DNA from: an uncultured delta proteobacterium
Lineage (GTDB): Bacteria > Desulfobacterota > Syntrophia > Syntrophales > UBA5619
DNA: 64,000 nt
NCBI GenBank assembly: GCA_963817385.1
Contig: CAWFOM010000031.1
Coordinates: 128,001-192,000, forward strand
Direction: 5' to 3'
Shown in pieces: positions 30,507 to 39,430 of the stretch. The notes beneath the pieces were generated by a model, which worked only from the letters and a program-made list of their open reading frames with translations, was not told the DNA's origin and did not search any database. Within the stretch, counting starts at the first letter, position 1; each line of letters starts with the position of its first letter. A program made the translations under genes and the position numbers.

Positions 30507-30535
30507 AAGTTATACAAAATAGGTAATAATGTCAA
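30507..30535 (-). promoter_or_regulatory. Sigma70-like promoter of the PilZ gene
   Basis: Minus strand TTGACA-17 bp-TAACTT. Confidence 0.55.
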
Positions 30536-30565
30536 GATAAATTTTATGTATAACATCGCGATCGA

Positions 30566-31690
30566 TCATGTCAGCAATGCCGAGATTTCGCCTACCCGGG
30601 CCCTGGCATCGGCCTCCCCGATATCCATCAGAGTCTTGATATACCGTGCATCGAACATGACCATGCTGAGCCAATCAAAACTTTCCGTTTTGTGAGTGCC
30701 GAACCGGCGGGTCAGGAAACGGAACGGCCGAGGTAGATCGGGTTCGAATTTTCCTGCGATTTTGCTTAAACTGAGGGAGGGGCGCAGTGTGAATGCGCGG
30801 ACCAGGCGCAGCTTGAAGTCTTCCGGCACCGTTTCACGCTCCAGAAGCCGGTTGACCCGCTCCAGCCCCAGCACGTCCTGGTCCAGGTGCTCAACAAAAA
30901 CGGCGCTCATGAGGATATCCATGATATGGGCGATGGATGGATATTCCCTGTGGGCGGCGGATCTTGCCTCTTCCAGGGACGGTTTGTAACGGGTTGAAAC
31001 AGCCAGGATCCGCCTTGCCCCAAGATGCAGAGCAGGCGAGAGCGGCGCATACTGACGAATGCCACCGTCGCCGTACCAGAAATCCCCGATCTTCACGGCC
31101 GGAAACAAAATGGGCAGCGCCGTGGAAGCCATAATCTGGTCCACCGTGATCTCCGTCATTACGCTGTGCCGGTCGGGCCGTTCCCAGATTTCGAAATTCT
31201 TTCCCTGGACCCACGTCACGCTCTGGCCGGTTGCGTAGTTCGTGGCCGTGATGGCGACTGCTTTGAGTTTCTGCTGCCGGATGTTCTCGCGGATACCGGC
31301 CATCCCGCCGTCCGATGCGGCGAACCCCTCTTCCAGCAGCAGCCTTAGCGGCCACGTATCGACAAGCCCCTGGGAGTGCATCTGGGGGATGCGCCCGGAG
31401 AGAAGATGGACCCCCCAATGCAAAAGGTTCTTCGCAAGACTCCAGGCATCCGCCTTGAAAACATGGCCGATGCTGAGGCGCTGCCAAAATGAGCTGAGGG
31501 CGTTGATGGATTCGGCAAACGTACCCCGATAGTTGGCGATGAACGCGGCATTGATGGCGCCGGCGGAAATGCCCGTCAGGATGGGGATGCGGAGGTCGGG
31601 GAAATAACCGGCAAGGCAGCGTAGAAAACCCACCTGGTAGGCCGCGTGCGCGCCTCCTCCGCTTAATACGAGCGCCAAATCATCGTTCAT
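30566..31690 (-). CDS. Patatin-like phospholipase
   Basis: LSGGGAHAAYQVG, GISAG nucleophile, DGG motif. Confidence 0.9.
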   Translation of the reverse strand: MNDDLALVLSGGGAHAAYQVGFLRCLAGYFPDLRIPILTGISAGAINAAFIANYRGTFAESINALSSFWQRLSIGHVFKADAWSLAKNLLHWGVHLLSGRIPQMHSQGLVDTWPLRLLLEEGFAASDGGMAGIRENIRQQKLKAVAITATNYATGQSVTWVQGKNFEIWERPDRHSVMTEITVDQIMASTALPILFPAVKIGDFWYGDGGIRQYAPLSPALHLGARRILAVSTRYKPSLEEARSAAHREYPSIAHIMDILMSAVFVEHLDQDVLGLERVNRLLERETVPEDFKLRLVRAFTLRPSLSLSKIAGKFEPDLPRPFRFLTRRFGTHKTESFDWLSMVMFDARYIKTLMDIGEADARARVGEISALLT

Positions 31691-31972
31691 CGATACCGCC
31701 TGCCGGAACCTGTTTACCCTGACAACAATTCTCGTTACAATGTGGAAGCGTACTATGTGCTACCGTGTGAATCAATGAAAAAATGATCACCCGATAGGCC
31801 GGGATTGTCATGGCATCGATTTCATACTTTTTATGCGTAGTAGCTTTAACCTGTCAGAGAACTCTATATATTCCCCCGTAGCTATTATCAATTTTCCCAT
31901 TTATAGGTAAATTGTACAATTAAACTCAAACTCGCTAACGAATCTTCGCTAAACCGAAAAACTGAGGCCGTT

Positions 31973-33779
31973 ATGGAGAAGACGATTCGTGTCTTGATAT
32001 TAGAAGATGTGGCAACCGATGCCGAATTGATTGAAGAAGAACTACGATATGCCGGAATTGCCTTTAGTTCAAGGAGGGTGTCAGCAAAAAAGGCGTATCT
32101 CGATGAACTGGATAATTATTGTCCCGATCTGATCCTTTCCGATTATAATCTTCCCCAGTACGACGGGGAGTTAGCCCTCCTCGCGGCAAAATCAAGATGC
32201 CCCGATGTTCCTTTCATTCTCGTAACCGGGGCGATTGGAGAGGAGCTGGCAATCGATATCTTCACCCAAGGGGCCGATGATTACGTCATGAAAGGGAAGC
32301 TCCAGCGGCTTGTTCCGGCCGTCCAGAGAGCCCTCGCGGAAGCCACCGAGAGAAAGTCCCGGAAGGAAGCAGAGGAGGCCCTCAGAAAAGCCCATGATGA
32401 ACTGGAAATCATGGTTGAAAAACGCACAGCGGAATTGCAGAAAGAGATCTTAGAGCGCAGGCGCGCCGAGGAGACGTTGCAGAATGAGCGGTCATTTCTC
32501 CGAAAGGTGATTGACACGGTTCCCAGTACGATCTTTGTAAGGGATTCGAAGGGGCATTACCTCCTCGTCAACAAAGCGATGGCCCGATTCTTCGGCACAA
32601 CGGTAGAGGAGATGGTGGGGAAAACGGACCATGAGTTCGATTTCATGCTCTCTTCAAAACAGATGCAATACCTTCCTCAAAAGGATCGCCAGGTCAGTGA
32701 AGACGGATCTGAGGTGCGCGCAGAGGCCAAAATCGCGGGCATTGACCGACAGTTTCATTGGTTTGCCACGGTTAAGGTTCCTCTCCTGGATGAAGACGGC
32801 GCCGATGACAAGGAACTCTTCGTCGCGACCGAAATCACTAAGCGCAAGCAGGCGGAAGACCTGCTCCGACAAAGTGAAGAAAAACTGCGATTGGCCCTGG
32901 ATGCGGCCGCGCAGGGAACCTGGGACTGGGACATCATCGCCGATGAGCTGATCTGGTCGGAAAAATGCAAATCTCTTTACGGCATCAAGCCCGGAGGCGG
33001 CGATGAACTACCCGTTGTTCTTGAACACCATCCACCCCGATGATCGCGATAGGATCGTTTATGCCATGAAACAGGCCCTGGAACAAAAAACGGATTATGA
33101 TGTGGAAATGCGGGTTTTATGGCCGGATGGCACAGTACATTGGATTGCCTCGAAGGGTCGAGGTTTTTATGACGAAGCAGGCGAGGCCGTCCGGATGTCC
33201 GGTATGGCCTGGGACGTCACCATGCGAAAGCATTACGAAGAAGAGATTCGCACCCTGTCGAATACCGATGAACTTACCGGTATTTATAACAGGAGGGGGT
33301 TTCTTACGTTGGCAGAGCAGGAGTTAAAGAGAGCGGAAAGGACAAAAAAAGGCGTGCTTTTCATCTATGCCGATCTGGATGGTCTGAAACTCATCAACGA
33401 TACATGGGGCCATCAGAAAGGGGATGAGGCACTTATTGAGGCGGCAACGATTCTCAAGGAGGTCTTTCGGGAATCCGATATCATTGCCCGCATTGGCGGC
33501 GATGAATTTGCCCTTCTGGTCTCCGAAACCCCTACGACATACGCAAGTAATGTAAAGCTGCGCTTGCAACGCCAGATTGAACAGCGTAATGCTTCCGCAA
33601 ACAGGGAATATCGGATTTCCCTGTGTATCGGTGTGGCGTACTACGATCCGCACAATCCTGTTTCTCTGGACAAGCTCATATCCATTGCGGATTCTGCCAT
33701 GTATGAGAATAAGAGGCGCGGGTCAGATTGCACAATAGAAAGGGTTGAGAAGATTAATCCCCGCTCTCTTGCGGTCTGA
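31973..33779 (+). CDS. Response-regulator diguanylate cyclase (REC-PAS-PAS-GGDEF); frameshift near 32991
   Basis: REC (LILED, LSDYNLP, DDYVMK), PAS domains (WDWD, IHPDDR), RESD I-site + GGDEF; ORFs 31973..33043 and 33003..33779 join at aagcccgg. Confidence 0.88.
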
Positions 33780-33861
33780 CAATCACGCTGATGTCCAGGA
33801 AATCTTTCGCGGGCTTTACCATTTCACTTCCTTACCGATCTTCGCCATCGCTAAATGATCA

Positions 33862-35172
33862 TCACAGCATCTGCGCCAGGTAAATAAAGACGGGAAGCGG
33901 GGAGACCATCTTAATCTCCCCGAACTCATGCAAAGTCTGCCTTCGCTGCGAAGCTCCGAGCAGCGGAGAGAGGTAGACAACCCCTTTGGCTCTCGCCGTC
34001 GTCTCTTCCGCGAGCAGCGTTTTGATCGCCTCCACATTCCGGGAAGGGAGATCAGCACCCAACACACAATTGCAGGTTACCGTAATGTTGGACCAGCCTC
34101 GATTTACTTCCTGCATTTTTCGAAATGCCCCCTTCACGCTCTCTGCCTGCAACGGCTTGCCCAACCTGTCCAGTGTTTCCTGATCGGGTGACTCCAGACC
34201 GATATTGATCGAAGTAAGATAGGGCAAACGGTCCAATCGATCAAAAAAGGCATTATCCGCCCCAAGAAGCGAATCCACGCTCCCGAAGAGGAAGAGATTG
34301 GGTTTTCCCCGATGAAAAGATGCGGATAGGTTCAGGAGATCGTAGGCCATACCGGCCGCGCCGACGAGGATATCCGCACCCGCCGCCAGGGCGTCGTTTT
34401 GTCCCAGCACCAACGAGTTGTAATTGACCAGATCGGCGCCATAAAAATCTTTCAGTGCCCGTAGCTGTGCGGCAATGTTCCGCCGGCTCCGCACCCGAAA
34501 GGCGCCTGCCGTTTTAAAACGGCAAAAACGGCAATTGTACCGGCACCCTTCGGCTACCATCAGGGGAATGACTTCATAATCGACATCAATGGTGTCGGGC
34601 GGCAGCACCGGCAGGTTCGCCCCGATAATGCGGTGAAGCGTCTCTGCCTCTCCCGCCAGCGCTTCCCTGCCCCTGGTTGCAATCTTCCGGAGGAAATCCC
34701 GCGGCCTGTCGCAAGCGGCAGATTCAGCAAGCCTGCCCGCGTCTTCCACCAGTCCGTCAAAGGCGCTAAGCGCCTGCCGGACATGACGGCCTTCCAGGGG
34801 TTTCCCCGTGAAAATATCGCAATCATACCTGCCGTTGAACGGTACATAGTAGTTCTTGACCAGATCGTAACTGGATTCGTAACCATAGGTACCGTAATAG
34901 ATAAGATCGTTTCCGTCGGTCCTTTTCAGCACCTCCTGGGGATCGGGCCACACGGAAGGCTTGCCCGCAACCTTTTTCAATCCGCCTCGGAGATTAAAAT
35001 CATACTTGTACCCCCGCCAATTTATCTTGACGGGGATACCGTACCAGACGGGGAAGCTGAACTTCCCCCAGTCATCCCGACCCGCACAGTCGAAGATGAC
35101 CTCCATATCTTCCAATTGATACCGTTCCATCGTCAAAGCGGTCCTCAGCGCCGCTATCATTAACTCTCTCAC
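33862..35172 (-). CDS. Radical SAM protein of unknown function with N-terminal extension
   Basis: EGCRYNCRFC CxxxCxxC motif; NIGLES..QETLDRLGK. Confidence 0.82.
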   Translation of the reverse strand: MRELMIAALRTALTMERYQLEDMEVIFDCAGRDDWGKFSFPVWYGIPVKINWRGYKYDFNLRGGLKKVAGKPSVWPDPQEVLKRTDGNDLIYYGTYGYESSYDLVKNYYVPFNGRYDCDIFTGKPLEGRHVRQALSAFDGLVEDAGRLAESAACDRPRDFLRKIATRGREALAGEAETLHRIIGANLPVLPPDTIDVDYEVIPLMVAEGCRYNCRFCRFKTAGAFRVRSRRNIAAQLRALKDFYGADLVNYNSLVLGQNDALAAGADILVGAAGMAYDLLNLSASFHRGKPNLFLFGSVDSLLGADNAFFDRLDRLPYLTSINIGLESPDQETLDRLGKPLQAESVKGAFRKMQEVNRGWSNITVTCNCVLGADLPSRNVEAIKTLLAEETTARAKGVVYLSPLLGASQRRQTLHEFGEIKMVSPLPVFIYLAQML

Positions 35173-35360
35173 GACAAACTTTCAAGGGGAATCGCCATCT
35201 CTTCGCGGATCCGATCCGACCTGGCCCGCTGTCTTCCCGGCCATTTTTGTGCGGCGCTCCGAAGAGCAACTATTTCTTGACAGCCTCCCGGAGAATCATA
35301 TATGCTCCCGCGCGAAATTGAGGGCGGACTTCGTTACCACGCCACTTCTATAAAAAAATT

Positions 35361-35436
35361 GGGGATGTAGCTCAGCTGGGAGAGCGCGGCGTTCGCAACG
35401 CCGAGGCCAGGGGTTCGATCCCCCTCATCTCCACCA
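35361..35436 (+). tRNA. tRNA-Ala (anticodon CGC)
   Basis: GGGGATGTAGCTCAGCTGGGAGAGCG, anticodon arm CGGCG-TTCGCAA-CGCCG, GGTTCGATCC T-loop, encoded CCA; 76 nt. Confidence 0.97.
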
Positions 35437-35446
35437 AAAAGGGAAA

Positions 35447-35483
35447 AAGGGGACAGGCGCGGTTGGTCAGCGCCTGTCCCCTT
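35447..35483. terminator. Hairpin terminator between the tRNA and the convergent gene
   Basis: 14-bp perfect stem AAGGGGACAGGCGC/GCGCCTGTCCCCTT. Confidence 0.7.
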
Positions 35484-35585
35484 CGCGTTTATTCCTGTTT
35501 TACACCACACACGCAGCTCCCCGGGCCGCCCCGGCGATGGTTGACACGCCAAATCATGCCCTCGTATTGAACGGCAAACGGGTGT

Positions 35586-36605
35586 TCAATCCTTGAAGAT
35601 CTTTGCAAACCGCCGGGACTTCCGCTTCTTCCAGGCCCCCCGGTGCCAGGCGTAGCTCGCCAAAAGCGGCAGGACCGAGGTGGCCTCTGCGTAGACCATC
35701 TGCTCGCAGCTGCAATCCACCTTCCCCCAGGAGTTGGCCTCCTTCAGGGTCGAGCTGGAGCACGCCCCGTCGCGGACGTCGGCCACGGTGATCTGGACGG
35801 CGTATTTGTGCATCGGGACATCCTTCCCCAGGATCTCGGCGCAGACGACCGTGTCCTGGGCGAAGTTCTTCGGCACGCCGCCGCCGATCATCAGCAGGCC
35901 CGTCGTTCCCGCCTTGATCTTGACCTCGGTAAGCTCGCGGAAATCCTTTACCGAGTCGATGGAGAGATGCGCCTTCGGGTGCTTCACCTGATGGAGGACG
36001 AGGCCGAATCCGGCGCTGCTGTCCGAGAAGGCGGGGCAGAAGATCGGGACGTCGTGCTCGAAGGCCGCCTGGACGAGGGAATCCTTCTTCACGGCGTGTT
36101 CGGTGAGGTGGCGCCCCATCTCCCGGATGAACTCCCGCGAGGAATAGGGGCGGGGAGGGAGGTCGTCGGCGATCGCCTGGACGGCCTTGTCACACGCCTG
36201 GAGACTCTCCTCGTCGATGAAGGTGTCGTAGATCCGGTCGATATAGAGCTTCCGGAGAACCCGGTCATCCACGAAGGGCGTCCCCTGGTAGTGTTTGAAA
36301 CCAAGTGCCTCGAAGAAATCCATATCCACGATCGTCGCCCCCGTGGCGACGATGGCGTCAACCATGTTGTTCTTCACCATCTCCACATAGATCTGCATGC
36401 AGCCGGCGGCGCTGGTGCTTCCGGCGATCGTCAGGATGACGGCGCATTTCTTATCGGCGAGCATCCGGTCGTAGATGTCGGCGGCCGCCGCCAGATCGCG
36501 GGCGGTGAAGGACATCCCGCGCATCTGCTCGATGATCGGCGTGGCGTCGAACGAGGTCATGTCGATATGCCGGACCGGCGTCTTCAAATACTCTTTCTTT
36601 TTCAT
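35586..36605 (-). CDS. Deoxyhypusine synthase-like protein (probable polyamine/homospermidine synthase)
   Basis: IVATGA, IDRIYDT, PIFCPAFSDSSAG, IGGGVPKNF, DGACSSSTLKEANSWGK with the catalytic Lys position retained. Confidence 0.9.
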   Translation of the reverse strand: MKKKEYLKTPVRHIDMTSFDATPIIEQMRGMSFTARDLAAAADIYDRMLADKKCAVILTIAGSTSAAGCMQIYVEMVKNNMVDAIVATGATIVDMDFFEALGFKHYQGTPFVDDRVLRKLYIDRIYDTFIDEESLQACDKAVQAIADDLPPRPYSSREFIREMGRHLTEHAVKKDSLVQAAFEHDVPIFCPAFSDSSAGFGLVLHQVKHPKAHLSIDSVKDFRELTEVKIKAGTTGLLMIGGGVPKNFAQDTVVCAEILGKDVPMHKYAVQITVADVRDGACSSSTLKEANSWGKVDCSCEQMVYAEATSVLPLLASYAWHRGAWKKRKSRRFAKIFKD

Positions 36606-36685
36606 AACCTCCCCTGTTATTGGTTATTGTGCTGCCGCTGCATCCCCTCCACTCCCCCGGCGCAGCGGCCCCTCGGCCGGAGGCC

Positions 36686-36715
36686 ATTATAAAAGGGGCG
36701 GCGGGTAAAAGTCAA
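36686..36715 (-). promoter_or_regulatory. Sigma70-like promoter of the DHS-like gene
   Basis: Minus strand TTGACT-18 bp-TATAAT. Confidence 0.6.
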
Positions 36716-36837
36716 TCGCTCTCTCCGGCTCCGGCGGCAATAACCGGGTAGGGCGGGGTGACGTGATTCTTCCCGAAAAAATCGGCCTTGTCACAACGAC
36801 GGATATCTGATACTTCCCCGCCATGGATAGGGGAAAC

Positions 36838-38196
36838 ATGAGAGATATCCTGAGCGTTTCAGCGCTCACCGACCGGATCAAGGCGCTCCTTGAAGAGGGG
36901 TTCGCCCTTGTCTGGGTGGAGGGAGAGGTTTCGAACCTGCGCCGGCCGGCCTCAGGCCACATCTACTTCACTCTCAAGGATGCCAAAAGCCAGATCCGGG
37001 CGGTGATCTTCCGGAACCCCTATGCGCAGCGGGGTTGGAACCGGCCCGTCGGCTTCGCGCTGGAGGAGGGGATGAGCATCGTCTGCCGGGCTCGCCTCAC
37101 CGTCTATCCCCCCCGCGGCGACTACCAGCTCATCATCGACACGGTGGAGCCGAAGGGTCTGGGGGCCCTCCAGAAGGCCTTCGAACAGCTCAAGGCCCGC
37201 CTCGAGGCCGAGGGGCTCTTCGATGCGAACCGCAAGAAATCCCTCCCCTTCCTGCCGGCGGGGATCGGCGTCATCACCTCGCCGACCGGCGCCGTGATCC
37301 GGGACATCCTGACCGTCACCCGCCGCCGTTTCCCGTCGGTGAATATCCTGATCGCCCCGGTCCGCGTCCAGGGGACCGAGGCGCCGGCGGAGATCATCCG
37401 GGCCCTCGGCGACCTCCAGCTCGCCCCCGGCATCGAGGTGATCATCCTCGCCCGGGGCGGCGGCTCTCTGGAAGACCTTGCCGCCTTCAACGACGAAGGG
37501 GTGGCCCGGGCGATCGCCCGCTCACGGGTGCCCGTCATCTCGGCGGTGGGCCATGAGACGGACTTCACCATCGCCGATTTCATCGCCGACCTCCGCGCGG
37601 CGACCCCCTCGGCGGCGGCAGAACTGGCCGTGCCGCTCCGCGCAGAGCTCATGGAGACGGTGGAGACGCTCCACCTCCGCATGATCCGCCAGCGACGGCG
37701 GGAAACGGAGCGGCTCCGGCAGCGCGTGGCGGAACTCGCGGGACGCCTCCGCGACCCGAAGCGGCGTTTCGCCGACATCCGGATCGCCCTGGATGACGCG
37801 GTGGAGCGCATGCGGATCTCCCTCGATCACCTGCGGGCGGTACGCCGTCAGAAGTGGATCAACCTGGCCGTCCGCCTGGAACACAAAAATCCCCGGTCGC
37901 GGATCGCCGAGTGGCAACTGTTCTTTGAAATGCTTACCAAGGATCTCCGGACGGCCTGGGAGAGGCAAGCCGGACAGCGGTCGAACCGGCTGGCCTCCGC
38001 GATGGCCCTGATCGATTCCCTGAGTCCGCTTGCCGTCCTCAACCGGGGCTACAGCATCACGCGGCGGCTCCCGGACGGCCGCATCCTCCGGCAGGCAGTG
38101 GACGTCCACACCGGGGAGAGGATCGATGTCCGCCTCGCCGCGGGCAGCCTGCAAGCCGTTATCACCGAAACATTCAAGGAGCAATGCGATGGCTAA
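36838..38196 (+). CDS. xseA: Exodeoxyribonuclease VII large subunit
   Basis: VWVEGEVSN, SGHIYFTLKD, ARGGGSLEDL, SAVGHETD, LSPLAVLNRGY. Confidence 0.95.
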   Translation: MRDILSVSALTDRIKALLEEGFALVWVEGEVSNLRRPASGHIYFTLKDAKSQIRAVIFRNPYAQRGWNRPVGFALEEGMSIVCRARLTVYPPRGDYQLIIDTVEPKGLGALQKAFEQLKARLEAEGLFDANRKKSLPFLPAGIGVITSPTGAVIRDILTVTRRRFPSVNILIAPVRVQGTEAPAEIIRALGDLQLAPGIEVIILARGGGSLEDLAAFNDEGVARAIARSRVPVISAVGHETDFTIADFIADLRAATPSAAAELAVPLRAELMETVETLHLRMIRQRRRETERLRQRVAELAGRLRDPKRRFADIRIALDDAVERMRISLDHLRAVRRQKWINLAVRLEHKNPRSRIAEWQLFFEMLTKDLRTAWERQAGQRSNRLASAMALIDSLSPLAVLNRGYSITRRLPDGRILRQAVDVHTGERIDVRLAAGSLQAVITETFKEQCDG

Positions 38197-38425
38197 GGAA
38201 AAATTTGAAGAGGCACTGGAAAGGCTGGAGGAGATCGTCAAGAAGATGGAGGCGGGAGAGATGACCCTGGAGGAATCCCTCAAGGCCTTCGAGGAAGGGA
38301 TCAGGCTCTCCCGGCTCTGTGCGAAGAAACTCGACGAGGCCGACCGGCGCGTCGAGATCCTCCTTCGGCAGGAGGGCGAGCTCGTCCCCAAACCGTTTGC
38401 GGAGGAAGAACGTGAATCGGAATGA
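38189..38425 (+). CDS. xseB: Exodeoxyribonuclease VII small subunit
   Basis: FEEALERLEEIV..ME.GE.TLEESL..FEEG; overlaps the end of xseA. Confidence 0.93.
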   Translation: MAKEKFEEALERLEEIVKKMEAGEMTLEESLKAFEEGIRLSRLCAKKLDEADRRVEILLRQEGELVPKPFAEEERESE

Positions 38426-39320
38426 CGGCCGCCTGCTGAAGGAATACCTCGCCGGCCAAAAGACGCTGATCGATCAGGCCCTGGCCGGCTATATCCCCGG
38501 CGAGGAGAACTATCCGCCGGTGATCTTCCAGGCCGTCCGCTACAGCCTCCTGGCGGGGGGAAAGCGGCTCCGGCCGATCCTCTGCCTGGCCGCCGCGGAG
38601 GCGGTCGGGGGGAAGTGCGGACCGATCCTGCCCGTCGCCTGCGCGCTCGAGCTCATCCACACCTACTCCCTCATCCACGACGATCTCCCCGCAATGGACA
38701 ACGACGATTACCGCCGGGGAAGACCCACGTCGCACAAGGTCTTCGGGGAGGACATCGCCATCCTCGCCGGCGACGCCCTCCTGACGGAGGCCTTCCATCT
38801 CATGACCCGCCGGGAATTGATGCCCGGCATGCCGCCGGAGCGCCTCCTCGACGTCGCCCGCGAGATCGCGGAGGCGGCGGGCTTCTTCGGGATGGTCGGA
38901 GGCCAGGTCCTCGACATCCGCGCGGAGGGGAAAGAGGCCGATCTGGAGACCCTCCAGCGGATGCATCGCCTCAAGACGGGGGCGATGATCCGCGTCTCGC
39001 TCCGGGCGGGGGCGATCCTGGCCGGCGCCTCCGAAGAGGAACTCGCCTCGCTTTCGGACTACGGCGAGCAGATCGGGCTTGCCTTCCAGATTACCGACGA
39101 CATCCTCAACGTGGAGGGGGACCGGACCCTTTTGGGCAAGGAGACGGGGAGCGACGCGGCCCGGGGAAAGGTCACCTTCCCCGCCCTTCTGGGGATGGAG
39201 GCGTCGCGCGCGCGGGCGGCGGAGCTCATCCGGGAAGCGCTGGCATCGCTGGCCTTTTTCGACGACCGGGCGGAGCCGCTCCGCCGGATCGCCCGGTACA
39301 TCCTGGAGCGGAAATCATAA
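38412..39320 (+). CDS. ispA: Farnesyl/geranylgeranyl diphosphate synthase (polyprenyl synthetase)
   Basis: GGKRLRP, SLIHDDLPAMDNDDYRRG, AFQITDDIL; GTG start. Confidence 0.92.
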   Translation: MNRNDGRLLKEYLAGQKTLIDQALAGYIPGEENYPPVIFQAVRYSLLAGGKRLRPILCLAAAEAVGGKCGPILPVACALELIHTYSLIHDDLPAMDNDDYRRGRPTSHKVFGEDIAILAGDALLTEAFHLMTRRELMPGMPPERLLDVAREIAEAAGFFGMVGGQVLDIRAEGKEADLETLQRMHRLKTGAMIRVSLRAGAILAGASEEELASLSDYGEQIGLAFQITDDILNVEGDRTLLGKETGSDAARGKVTFPALLGMEASRARAAELIREALASLAFFDDRAEPLRRIARYILERKS

Positions 39321-39430
39321 TCAACTTGAATTGCAAGCAGAATAGTCGTATATGCGCTCTTCGGGAGAAGAGCCGGGCCGTCGCGGCAAAACGGCGGACC
39401 GGGAAGATGGATGGGCACGATTAGGAACCG

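Noticed and set aside
29954..33779. Patatin plus nucleotide cyclase as a CBASS-like anti-phage system
   Set aside because: The cyclase is a GGDEF enzyme, not a CD-NTase; no cap2/cap3 or other CBASS genes; the genes are divergent
35361..35436. tRNA-Ala as attachment site of an integrated element
   Set aside because: No integrase, no duplicated tRNA 3' end found, and a terminator plus housekeeping-like gene follow directly
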